From Macrostomum hystrix (taxonomy: Eukaryota; Animalia; Platyhelminthes): a stretch of 64,000 nt of DNA. Below the pieces are notes generated by a model that was not told the DNA's origin, made no database searches, and was given only the letters and a program-made list of their open reading frames with translations. The translations under genes and the position numbers were made by a program. The DNA is taken from the NCBI GenBank assembly GCA_950097015.1, contig CATNEN010000003.1:8866001-8930000 (forward strand). Direction: 5' to 3'. Below are positions 38,360 through 50,544 of this stretch, one piece after another; the first letter of the stretch is position 1, and each line of letters opens with the position of its first letter.

Positions 38360-40555
38360 ATGGCTACAACGCGAGCACTTGGCACACTATTTCTACTAAT
38401 CGGCATTCTCGCGTCCACAATTAGCCTGGCAACATCTGCCTGGCGACATCTTCACGTGCAGTACGGCCAAGGTCGTCCGACCGATGTACAGCCATTGTCT
38501 GACGGAGTTCAACTAAGAGAGCATGCCAACTATAAGAATAACAACGGTAAGAAACGTATGTCTAAAAATAGAACAATGTACACTACACGCAACGTCATCC
38601 TTTCCCGCCAAAATAAAAATATATATGAATTACGTCATTAATGTCTCTACTCTCGGCTATAGTCTAAAAATAGAACAATGTACACTACACGCGACGTCAT
38701 CCTTTCCCGCCAAAATAAAAAAATATATCAATTACGTCATTAATTTCTCTACTCTCGGCTATAGTCTAAAAATAGAACAATGTACACTACACGCGACGTC
38801 ATCCTTTCCCGCCAAAATAAAAAAATATATCAATTACGTCATTAATTTCTCTACTCTCGGCTATAGTCTAAAAATAGAACAATGTACACTACACGCGACG
38901 TCATCCTTTCCCGCCAAAATAAAAAAATATATCAATTACGTCATTAATTTCTCTACTCTCGGCTGTAGTCTAAAAATAGAATTGTGTACATTCAACGTAC
39001 AAAAAAATTTTAATGCCTCACAGTCTATATAGATTTGTATATGCCGGACAGTCAAAAGTAGGTTATTTTACGGAATAACGCATGCGCATTAATTATGTCA
39101 CGATCTTAAATTTCCCCATACGAACATCTCAGTGATTCGGATTGTGTTGAGTCTGGCAGCCCTTGGCACTGGCCTGGCCTCGCTGGCGTTCTGCTTAGAA
39201 ATTGTGCGCATCTTACGGCACGAAGGTCGGGCAGCCGATCGAATTCTAATGGTGGAATTCGTCTGCACATCTATTGCAGGTAATTTACATTCTTCTTAAC
39301 AGTAGAAAGAGCACGAGGTGTTTAAAATAGACACATTCTTCCGTATATCTAAAGATATGAAACAAGAAAATATTTGTTGAACCAATATGGTTTCGCCATA
39401 GAGGGTCATACAGAGCAATATTAGTTGTCCTTCGACAAGAATCGTTGAACATATCGTCAGACGATGCTGACTTCGGTTGGCCTTGAAATTTATTTCATCG
39501 TAAAGGGTGGAAAAATTTTATCCACATTGTGGACTTTAACGAAAATCGGTCATTTGATTTTTAACGCGAAGTCCGGAGCTCGATTCTCAGCCCAGGAAGA
39601 TAAAATTTCCCATTGCGTACTAGCAGGTCAGGCGTGCAATAAACACAGTGGGATGTCTTTCCTTTATCCATAGCAATAGCAAACTTATCTCCAACCAACA
39701 ACCTTCGCAGCCCCCAGTCAGCTGGGCTCCGTCTCGGTCTTCGGCTACTTCTTCATAGCGCACGCCTCCTCGGCGGCTCTACAGGCCGAGGCAGAGCCGC
39801 GCCTGTCCCACCTGCTGAACCTCGTGGTCATCGACGCCAACGGCTGGCGCGCTGAGCCCGGATACAGCTTCTACCTGATGCTGTGCAGCCTGATCTGTCT
39901 CACCGTGGCCGCCTTCGTCCTCTGCTACGAGCTCTGCCACCGGGAGGAGCGTCGCCGAAAACGTATCGAACTTCAACAGCTTCACCAGCAGCAGTTGCTT
40001 CAACGGCGCGGCAGCGGCGCCGGCGGCGGCAAGCGAGTGTCTTTGGCGCCGTCGCAGCAGCTGCCACCTCTGCCGGACCTCTTTGTGACCGAGGAGCTGC
40101 CGGTGCCGCACTGTCTGGTTCGTCGATCTCGATCGTCGTCAATCAATTCGCAGCGCAGTCAAAATTCTCAACGCAGCGGCTCCGTTTCCATAGCAACCGC
40201 AGCCGTTGCGGTCGGCTCCTCAGCGACCTGCCCGCACAGGCGCTGCAACTCGGTCAGGACGAGTCCCGCTGTTGGAGGTCGCATCGCTGCCGGTCGTCGT
40301 GCAAGTCGAGTTAGCGCCGGTGTTGGCGCCGGACGCAGTCGCGAGTCCAGCGTCTGCTGTCAGGGCTCCGGTGAGTCGGCGATGCTGTTGCTGCCGCAGC
40401 AGTACTCGCATCAGCAGCAGCAATGTAATGCTGACTGTGCTTGTCATTCAACCAATGACAATCTGCTGAGTGTGCCGCAGGCCTACGCTGCGGCTGTGCA
40501 GTTCACGGAGGTCCGCGACGGTGACAGTGACAACCCGCAGCCAGTTTATCTGTGA
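38360..40555 (+). CDS. Claudin/PMP22-superfamily-like tetraspan membrane protein; exons 38360-38546, 39133-39279, 39711-40555
   Basis: TM1 ending ATSAW; TM2 VIRIVLSLAALGTGLASLAFCL; TM3; W..EPGYSFYL before TM4; long low-complexity tail ending PVYL. Two phase-1 GT-AG introns join in frame. Confidence 0.75.
38561..38990. repeat. 102-bp tandem repeat (about 4.2 copies) in intron 1 of the tetraspan gene
   Basis: Unit starts at 38561, 38663, 38765, 38867 and 38969. Confidence 0.95.
39425..39556 (+). mobile_element. Dispersed repeat family C fragment in tetraspan intron 2
   Basis: ttatccacattgtggactttaacgaaaatcggtcatttg matches the 14.0-kb and 2.0-kb copies. Confidence 0.6.
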
Positions 40556-40724
40556 TTCACTGCCACTTCATCGCTGACGTTGGAACTTCATCCTTGCTTA
40601 TTCACCCTGTCCTGATTTTATGAATCAACCTTTGGCCCATCAAAATCTAAGCCTTGACCTACTGAAACAAAACCTGACCAATATCAGCCAATTCTGACCC
40701 ATAGAAAAACGGACAACCTGAAAC

Positions 40725-41140
40725 CAAACCTGACCCACAAAAATCAAACCTGACCCACAAAAATCAAACCTGACCCCCAAAAATCAAACCTGACCCCCAA
40801 AAATCAAACCTGACCCACAAAAATTAAAACTGACCCGCAAAAATCAAGTCTGACCCACAAAAGTCAAACCTGACCCGCAAAAATCAAATCTGACCCACAA
40901 AAGTCAAACCTGACACACAAAAGTCAAACCTGACACACAAAAGTCAAACCTGACACACAAAAGTCAAACCTGACACACTATAAAGTCAAATCTGACACAC
41001 GAAAGTCAAATCTGACACACTAAAGTCAAATCTGACACACTAAAGTCAAACCTGACACACTAAAGTCAAACCTGACACCCTAAAGTCAAACCTGACACAC
41101 TAAAGTCAAACCTGACACACTAAAGTCAAACCTGACACAC
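40725..41140. repeat. 20-bp minisatellite (aaa(a/g)tcaaacctgac(c/a)cac(a/t)) in the probable 3' UTR
   Basis: Lies between the stop at 40555 and AATAAA at 41242; variants grade along the array. Confidence 0.9.
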
Positions 41141-42509
41141 TTATATTCAGTTTTTCCGCTTTGACCCATCTGCATGCATTATAACAATTTTTTAACATTT
41201 ATTTACTGCTTTGGGTTTGACATTTAGCAGTTCGTTGTGAAAATAAATTATCAAAACAATGATTAGGCATCCGTGTTTCACTTAAACTATCCTGCTATCA
41301 CCATAGTTTAACTACTTAATCAGAATCAAATGTATTAATTTACATTTCTAAAGTTTATAGTGTCATCATCCTTGCTCATGTGAATGCGATAATTTTTATT
41401 ATATTGCTATATTGCACGAAACTACAAAACGATTGTAAATTGCCATCTATCAATCGGTTTCCATTGACCGTTATCCTACAACACGAATCTTAATAAAACA
41501 ATGCTAATCATGCATGCCCTCAAAACAGAATGGAAAATATAATATCTAATGTCATACTCGAGGATGCAAAAAATATCTGTTTTCTCTGTTTTCTGTGTTT
41601 CTATTGTCTGAAATACCATTATGAAGTGTGAAATTCATGAAATTAGTTAAATTCTCGTATTGTCTAAATCGGATAATAGGATTTTCATTCATGCTAGATT
41701 TTTTTGTTTAACTGTGTTGCACTTCAGCGTGAGACTGTTGTCACGGTAACACCGTGAAAAATATAGGAAAGATGTAGAATTTTTTATCAAAACAAAATTA
41801 TAAAATTATACTAACTTTACTTGCTGCTAGGTCAGAAAATTTTAAAAGTACATTTAAGCTTTCACACATTGTCAAGCGAAAAGTATATAAAATTATAAAT
41901 GTATAAAAGTACATTTCGAAGTTGTTTAAGTAAAAAACAAATGGGATTAAAATGAGATTTAAAGGAACTGGGATTTTTTTAAGTGTGCATAAAAACAGGA
42001 TTACAAAGTAGGATTTCAATTCAAGTGCCTAGTATTAAAGCACAATTCTGCTTATTGCAAAAAATTTGCTGCTGTTGCTGTTTTTCTTTTTGAAGAAACA
42101 TTTTTCGTTTAAATTATTCTGATCGATTTAGGTGCATGAAAAGATTCTTAAAAAGTAGTTAAAAAATTAATAATTTCTACAAGTGCCACAACCTATTTAA
42201 GTCATGCAATAATGCTTACTTTAATCATCTGAAGATTATTGAAGTTGAAAGGATTAGAGGTAGCTACAATAAAGTTGAAAACTTGCCAACTAAACTGTAA
42301 ACTTGACTACTTTTAGTAGAGAAGAGGTAGAATAGAAATAAAATTAAGCCTAGCCTGCTTGGCACAGCCGCGGCTATGCAAAAGCTCTTTCAGAAACTGT
42401 GTACATCTGTATCCGTGGACTGATGGTGAAATGGAGAGGAGTTTGGGGGAAGAGAGAGCAAGAGTGGAGAAAGAGAGAGGGAAGAGGGAAGAGACAGAAG
42501 GAGGGAAAA

Positions 42510-43460
42510 TGGAGAGGGAATGTAAAGAGAGAGAGTGAATGTAAAGAGAGAGAGTGAATGTAAAGAGAGAGGGGAATGTAAAGAGAGAGAGGGAATGTAA
42601 AGAGTGAGAGAGAATTTAATGAGAAAGAGAATGTAAAGAGAGAGGAAGGGAATGTAAAGAGAGGGAATATAAAGAGAGAGGAAGGGAACGTAAAGAGAGA
42701 GGAATGGAATGTTAAGAGAGAGAGAATTTAAGGAGAGAGAGAGAATGTAAAGAGAGAGAGTGAATGTAAAAAGAGAGGGGAATGTAAAGAGAGAGAGGGA
42801 ATGTAAAGAGTGAGAGAGAATTTAAGGAGAGAGAGAATGTAAAGAGAGAGGGGAATGTAAAGAGAGAGAGGGAATGTAAAGATAGAGGAAGGGAATGTAA
42901 AGAGTGAGAGAATTAAAAGAGGGAGAATGTAAAGAGAAAGGAAAGGAATGTAAAGAGAGAGGAAGGGAATGTAAAGAGAAAAGAAGGGTATGTAAAGAGA
43001 GAAGAAGGGTATTTAAAGAGAAAAGAAGGGTATGTAAAGAGAGAAGAAGGGTATGTAAAGAGAGAAGAAGGGTATGTAAAGAGAGAAGAAGGGTATGTAA
43101 AGAGAGAAGAAGGGTATGTAAAGAGAAAAGAAGGGTATGTAAAGAGAGAAGAAGGGTATGTAAAGAGAGAAGAAGGGTATGTAAAGAGAAAAGAAGGGTA
43201 TGTAAAGAGAGAAGAAGGGTATGTAAAGAGAAAAGAAGGGTATGTAAAGAGAAAAGAAGGGTATGTAAAGAGAGAAGAAGGTTAAAGAGAGAAGAAGGGT
43301 ATGTAAAGAGATGGGAACGAAATGTAAAGAGAGAAGAAGGGTATGTAAAGAGAGAAGAAGGGTATGTAAAGAGAGAAGAAGGGTATGTAAAGAGAGAAGA
43401 AGGGTATTTAAAGAGAGAAGAAGGGTATGTAAAGAGAGGGGAACGGAATGTAAAGAGAGA
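42510..43460. repeat. Purine-rich 19-21-bp minisatellite (gaagggtatgtaaagagagaa)
   Basis: Direct reading. Confidence 0.92.
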
Positions 43461-43911
43461 GGCAGGGAACAAAGAGATGGAAGGTAGAGAGAGGGATGGA
43501 TGGAAGCGATAGTGCCGGAGATGCAGTTCAGCGCAAACCTTGCAAGGCACTGCAGCTCGTAGCTTTAATCCAGGCCAGTAACGAATTCATCGATTCATCG
43601 GAGCTAGATGAAGCTTTCTAGTGCTTATGCTTACTAATGATGGCACTCTTTTGAAAAAATGAATAGCTAAATCAGCTGCCTCACTGATTGGCAAGCATCT
43701 AGGCGTGGAGATGGAAGAGCACTTATCTACGAATATACCGACTTTCACGAGGTCGTGAGATAGTTCAAATTGAAGCATTTTGGTCACTTTAGTAACATTG
43801 TTAACTTCTATTTCAGCTGCATTTTTTGAAAAGTATTTTGCAAACGACAATTCTGCTATTTCTACTAGGAACTTGCGTTGCAAGCGTTGTATCACTTACA
43901 AACACTCTGTA

Positions 43912-44980
43912 CTCCCACACTCTCCCACACTCTCCCATACTATCCCACACTATCCCACACTATCCCACACTCTCCCACACTCTCCCACACTCTCCCATAC
44001 TATCCCACACTATCCCATACTCTCCTACACTGTCCCAAACTCTCCCACACTGTCCCACACTCTCCCACATTCTCCCATACTATCCCACACTATCCCACAT
44101 TGTCCCACGCTATCCCACACTCTCGCACACTCTCCCACACTGTCCCACACTCTCCCACACTGTCCCACACTCTCCCACACTGTCCCACACTCTCCCACAC
44201 TCTCCTACACTGTCCCACACTCTCCCACACTGTCCCACACTCTCCCACACTGTCCCACACTGTCCCACACTCTCCCACACTCTCCTACACTGTCCCACAC
44301 TCACCCACACTATCCCACACTATCCCACACAATCCCACACTCTCCCAAACTCTCCCACACTCTCCTACACTATCCCACACTATCCCACACTATCCCACAC
44401 TACCCCACACTGTCCCATACTCTCCCACACTCTCCCATACTATCCCACACTATCCCACACTCTCCCACACTCTCCCATACTATCCCACACTATCCCACAC
44501 TCTCCTACACTGTCCCAAACTCTCCCACACTGTCCCACACTCTCCCACATTCTCCCATACTATCCCACACTATCCCACATTGTCCCACTGCACTCTCCCA
44601 CACTGTCCCACGCTCTCCCACACTCTCCCACACTCTCCCACACTATCCCACACTATCCCACACTATCCCACACTATCCCACACTGTCCCATACTCTCCCA
44701 CACTCTCCCATACTATCCCACACTATCCCACACTCTCCCACACTGTCCCACACTCTCCCACACTCTCCCACACTCTCCTACACTGTCCCACACTCACCCA
44801 CACTATCCCACACTATCACACACTATCCCACACTCTCCCAAACTCTCCCACACTCTCCTACACTATCCCACACTATCCCACACTATCCCACACTCTCCCA
44901 CACTCTCCTACACTGTCCCACACTCACCCACACTATTCCAAACTATCCCACACTATTCCAAACTATCCCACACTATTCCA
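43912..44980. repeat. 10-bp minisatellite (t(c/a/g)tcccacac) with a 480-bp higher-order duplication
   Basis: The same run of variants recurs at 44021 and 44501. Confidence 0.96.
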
Positions 44981-45414
44981 AATAGTATTTTTAAGCTATT
45001 TGTTTCGCAAAGATGGATGGACTGGTTTTGTTCATAATTGTGCTTCTAAGAATAAATGCAAGGCAAACTATTTTTCCTAATATAATATCACTCAATCCAG
45101 GCTATGGAATTGAGAAGTGATTGGATAAGAGTGATCAGAGAAGCACAAATGCGGAGTTTCAAGCCAACTAATTTTAATTGGTGGACAAGCAAAGCCTTAA
45201 ATACTACTGTTGCTCTACTTAATGAAGATGTGCGGCACACTTTTGTAAGACAAATATTACTATCATTTGCAAGGAGTTGCTTCTGACTGAAAACAACACT
45301 TCAGGTAAGAATTATGCTTCCGAATATAAAATAAACCTGTCTCAAGCTCCAGGATCCCAATAACTCAGCCCATAACACATTTCACAGAATGTGTTTTGTA
45401 CATCAGATATCACA

Positions 45415-45740
45415 CATATCTCAAGATCCCATATCCCAATACCCCACATCTCAAGATCCCATATCTCAAGATCCCAATCCCAAGGTCCCACATCTCAAGA
45501 TCCCAATCGCAAGGTCCGAATCCCATGATCCCATATCTCAAGATCCCAATCCCAAGATCCCACATCTCAAGATCCCATATCTCAAGATCCCATATCTCAA
45601 GATCCCAATCCCAAGATCCCAATCCCAAGATCCCACATCTCAAGATCCCAATCGCAAGGTCCGAATCCCAAGATCCCACATCTCAAGATCCCATATCTCA
45701 AGATCCCAATCCCAAGGTCCGAATCTCCGAAATCCCATAT
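45415..45740. repeat. ~15-bp minisatellite (atctcaagatccca(t/c))
   Basis: Direct reading; in the probable 5' intron of KChIP. Confidence 0.9.
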
Positions 45741-46249
45741 CGAAGCATCTCGCATGCCACTATTTCATATCCCTAATATCCCATACAAATTGATTCAAAA
45801 TCCTGAGATACCATATCCGGAAATCCATTATTCCTGGGTCCCATTTCTATGCATTCTATGTTTATATATTCCACGAGCTCTTAAAACTTGGTAAAGAAAA
45901 GAACTAGCTTTTCTCAATTCATTTCATTGCAGCTAAGTTTTGGCTTAAAAGCTTTGATGTTTCTTAGAAGAAGTAATTTTTCAACTGCAACAGTGCTGGA
46001 GTTAATTAAAACAAGCCGATATAGTCGCATTATCTGAATTGCAAATTTTTGTCAAACGAAGTCTAGTTGATTAGAATGACTTTTAGGCTTACAAGTTAAA
46101 GAATTCACAGTAAAATGTTTGAGATTAAAATGTGTGGGCAAAGTTAATTCCCAAGAAAATAAGGACACAAGGGTTGTCACTAAGATTATTTAAAGTTGTG
46201 TTTCTTAAAGATTATTCGGTTTTCATCCTAAAATCAGATGTGTCTGGAC

Positions 46250-46580
46250 CCCAAGATCCCATATCCCAAGATCCCATATCCCAAGATCCCATATCCCAAG
46301 ATCCCACATCCCAATATCCCATATCCCAATATCCCATATCCCAAGATCCCATATCCCAATATCCCATATCCCAAGATCCCATATCCCAAGATCCCATATC
46401 CCAATATCCTATATCCCAATATCCCATATCCCAATATCCAATATCCCAATATCCCATATCCCAATATCCCATATCCCATATCCCATATCCCAATATCCCA
46501 TATCCCATATCCCATATCCCATATCCCAATATCCCATATCCCAATATCCCATATCCCATATCCCATATCCCAAGATCTCA
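46250..46580. repeat. 7/8/15-bp minisatellite (atcccat-atcccaa(g/t))
   Basis: Related to 45415-45740; gives the false N terminus of ORF 46238..47005. Confidence 0.92.
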
Positions 46581-46663
46581 AGACTTATATACAAGCTGTG
46601 TATTCTAACAATCAATACCCGGCTCAAACATACCCCAATTTGCACAGGGATTTCTCCCTAGCA

Positions 46664-48887
46664 ATGTCCAGCTCGGCAGCCGGTCACCCATCCTGCTCGG
46701 GTTGCGCCACAGGACGGCCAATGCGCTACTCGTTTCGGCCGACCAACTTGTCAGAGCTGGTCCGAAGTTCGCGTTTTACTCGCGATGAACTGAAACTGAT
46801 GTACAGAGGCTTTAAAAACGACTGTCCATCCGGACTTGTGCACCGGGAAGCATTTAGGGATATTTTCTCTCAATTCTTCCCACTGGGTCACGCAGCCAGC
46901 TATGCCGATTTGGTGTTCAACAGCTTCGATAGGGACAGCAAAGGATGTCTGACATTTGACTCCGTCATCAAGGGACTGTCGGTGGTGTGCAGGTACTCCG
47001 ACTGATAATTACATACAGTTTATTTTCGTTTAAAACTTTCTTTTACAAATTGCCACCACTTCGAAACGTCGAGGATGTTCAACTAATAATAGTGTAGCAG
47101 ACCTCTCAGCTCTCTCTAGATTTGGGATTGGTGAGCTGAGTATTTGGGGGGGATGGTAGCGTAAGTTATAAGGGTAGAAGTAGGTATTTTCACGCTGTTC
47201 GGATTATACCTAAGGTAGCGCTAATGCCCGAGCGGCAAGACACTAGCTACTAACAAAGGGGGGAACAATATTTTACTGCTGCTGGCACGAGGGCTAAATT
47301 CACTGATTTGAGGTATACAGTCCGTGGGGCGTATTAGGATGGATTGAAGTTGCCTGGTGATGCTTTCGCAGTTACCTTCTTCTATGGGATTGGAATTAAT
47401 ATAGTTTCATTAGGGTGGACAATTGCTGAGTTTAGGGACTTCAAGGGGATATATTTAGAGAACTTCAGGCGGGTTTCAGGTAGACTTCAGGTGGGTATTT
47501 AAATGGGATTTAAGGCGGGATAATCGGGTTATAAAGGGGTTTATAATAGGGTGGATTTGGTTTTAAAGGGCCGACGAGGGATCTTTAGGTGGGAAGACCG
47601 GGAGGGTAAGGAAATTCAACTGCTTCTTCCTAGTAGAAATAACTAAGTAACTCAGTTTATTTATATCGTAACCGAGAAACAAGGAGGAAATAGGAGCGTT
47701 CGTGTTTATTGAGGCTGATTCACTGGGAACGGGGGAGACGCAAGTTGTAGGAGTGTTTTAAAATGGCATGATATTTATACTAAAAATAGGGGTGGGTGCA
47801 TGACCATCTGGGGCACATAAAACGAGCCGCGAGTGTTGCGTAAAAAAGACGACTACAGATAATAGCGTAAAATTGGCGGGAGTTTAAATGAAAAAGAAAT
47901 CCTGATTTATACACTGCCTCAATAGAATACTTAATAGTGTGCAGCAGACAACGCAGCCGCATCTGAAGGCTGCATACGAGCTACGGCTGTTCAGTCCATG
48001 GACTGGGGAGACGCCACACTCACCACCAATAACCCCAGCTGATGCTGGTACCCATTTAACAGCTCAGTCAACTAAATCAATGCAGAGTTAAGTGACTTGC
48101 TAAGGGACACAGATCTCGAGTGGTAATAGCTTTGGACTTCTGACAGAAGACGGTCGAAAGTTCGAATCTAAACCCTAGGGTACGCAGCCTTTGGAGGGGT
48201 GAGTGGCCTCTCGCAGCAAGGTCCCTGGGCTCGATTTCGTGTCGAAGCCACATTCATTTGGGGCGCAGCCGCGGAGGGGAGGCGTGGGGGCTTGTCGTGC
48301 AATTTACGCCATTGAGGGCCAACCTCCAAGGCACAGTGAGAGTGTACACTGCCTGACATCTGACAATTGGGGCAGATGTCAGGGCAGATGTACACACCTG
48401 TGTGAGCGTGTGCTCAGGTGTCAGCGGAATGGGCAGAATTGCCTCCCCGCTGGCTGCGGGTCTAGTGTCACCAAATGATGTGCCATTGCCCTCAGCCTTC
48501 CTGCAATTATTATTATTATTTCGTAGACTTTAAGCTGCAGCTGCTGGGAACTCGAATTCAAACGTCGCGGCCCTCTAAATCCTGTCCCTCAGAGGCAGCA
48601 CAATGGAGCGGCTGGACTGGGCGTTTCGCCTCTACGACGTCGACGGCGATGGTTCTATTAGTCGCGCCGAAATGCTTCGCCTAGTGGTGTCGATCTACGA
48701 CATGCTGGGCTACTCCGTGTCGCCTCGCGTTGTCCAGGACGATATTATTCGTCACGCCGAGCGCGTATTTCAGCTGATGGACGCAGACAAGGACGGGCTC
48801 ATTAGTTTCGCTGAATTTGTGAGCGCCTGTCGAGCCGACGGTCGCGACATCGACCGTGAGCTGGCATGCTTCGATACTCTGATGTGA
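46664..48887 (+). CDS. KCNIP: KChIP/calsenilin-like neuronal calcium sensor; exons 46664-46992 and 48593-48887
   Basis: RPTNLSEL...FTRDELKLMYRGFKNDCPSGLV...IFSQFFPLG.A..YA..VFNSFD...GLSVVCR|GSTMERLDWAFRLYDVDGDGSISRAE...MDADKDGLISFAEF. Phase-2 GT-AG intron. Confidence 0.92.
47938..48112 (-). mobile_element. 5'-truncated SINE B in the KChIP intron
   Basis: ctgaaggctgc...cagtccatggactgggg.gacgccacac...tgctggtacccattt matches the 13.0-kb copy. Confidence 0.85.
48193..48520 (+). mobile_element. SINE A copy in the KChIP intron
   Basis: Matches 2228-2588, including the (ATT)n tail; hairpin loop altered. Confidence 0.88.
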
Positions 48888-49124
48888 CTCATGATCGTCA
48901 GGGGATAAAAATTTTATTCTGGACTTTTTTTTAGTTGATTTTTTTCTGTTTTTTAGTGAAGTCAAGCTTAAAATAATTTTTTAGAAGTCTATCGATTAAT
49001 AATAAATTGGCAAGCAATTCAAAATAACGAATTACTTTTTCAGTTATTCCGAAAATTTTCATATTGCTATCTATAAATAATTGCCTTTGATCAAATGACG
49101 CATTTGTTGGTGAATTAAATTGGG

Positions 49125-49290
49125 ATATCAGCTGGGATGTCAGCTGGGGATGTCAGATGAGGATGTCAGATGAGGATGTCAGATGAGGATGTCAGATAAG
49201 GATGTCAGCTGCGAATGTCAGCTGGGAATGTCAGATGAGGATGTCAGCTGGGGAATGTCAGCTGGGAATGCCAGCTGGGGAATGTCAACT
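49125..49290. repeat. 13-15-bp minisatellite (atgtcag(c/a)tg(g/a)gg)
   Basis: About 12 units. Confidence 0.85.
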
Positions 49291-49578
49291 ACGCTCGTAA
49301 TATTTTGGAAACAAGTCAGTCTTCCACAGTACGTCAATAAGGTTATGCTTGTGTAATGAAAAGTAACACTTTTAATCAACATTTACATACGTTTTGAAGA
49401 AGTCGAATAAATTCAAGCTCAAAATTAGAATGACACAAGGAGCTTTTTAATAAGAATTTTAAGCAAAAACGCAATAGCACTGTTGAAAGAGAAAAATAAA
49501 TTAGAAATTAATTGACCCATGAGCGCATGTTTCACTTCCGTATCTACCATCCGCATCTTGTTATTCCCTCTTTTTAGG

Positions 49579-49834
49579 GCAGGACTCGCAGGGTCGGTGG
49601 ATAATTGTCGAGACACGCAGGGGTTGCGTGATTTACAGCGAGCTCGACCTTGAAACGCACGCACCACACGCATGATCCTAGTGCAGTCCAAACTGCAGGA
49701 CTCGCAGGACTGCAGGACTCGCAGGGGAGGGTCGGTGGAAAATTGTCGAGACACGCAGGGGTCGCGTGATTTACAGCGATTTCGACCTTGAAACGCACGC
49801 ACCACACACGTGATCCCAGTGCAGTCCAAACTGC
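49579..49834. repeat. Direct tandem duplication of a ~130-bp GC-rich unit
   Basis: Two near-identical copies (agggtcggtgga.aattgtcgagacacgcagggg...gtgcagtccaaactgc). Confidence 0.9.
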
Positions 49835-50544
49835 TGATGTTGGAGAGCTAATGCAAAAAATGCTTATATTAATTTAATGCTTGAATATCATTGTTTGACT
49901 AGCTGTAAATTTGCAGCTGTCTTGAACAATAATCATGCAGTAGAGTTGTGCCGACCATGCAAAATACGCTAATACTCGTAACAGCGTAATGCAATTTAGC
50001 AATTCACAAGTGTTTGATAATAAAATTTCTTCTCGCGTTACCATCGCCTTAGTCTAATAATTTAATTGCAGACAAAAATCCACCGAACAAGCTAAAATAA
50101 CCAATATGAAACTCATTAACTGCACAGACAAGTAAACTATTGGTCAAGCCAAGAATTAGGAATCGAAACTTTTATAGGCCAAATAGTTTTAAGCCTCTAC
50201 TTAAAGTAGAGTAACTTGAGCATGCAACCAAATTAAGGGTGGATCGATGCTTTATAGAATTCGTCAATCTGACTTACACCAATTAATACGTAGACACCCA
50301 AGTCAATAGATTTCAAACAATGTTAGTACAAATAAGAAGATGCAAGTATTAGGAAGTTCAGTCGCTACTTCAAAAGGTTAATTTATATAGATTTTTGTGT
50401 AGACACGAACTGGGAATGTCATTATTAGCTCAATAAAGTCCATGAAGGTAATTGTTAGATGCTTGCACAGACTATCGACCTACACAATAATTCGATATTA
50501 CACGCCCAGGTAATAAGCTCCATGTACCAAGCGATGCTTTACCA

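Noticed and set aside
35497-46645. E/R/G-rich, HTLP-rich, extensin-like and GY-rich ORFs (35.5, 42.8, 43.8, 45.4 and 46.1 kb)
   Set aside because: Each coincides with a tandem array and is open in several frames; no unique coding flanks.
47093-47912. Solo LTR in the KChIP intron (TGTAG...CTACA/TACA)
   Set aside because: No matching TSD, PBS or second copy visible; cannot be supported without a search.
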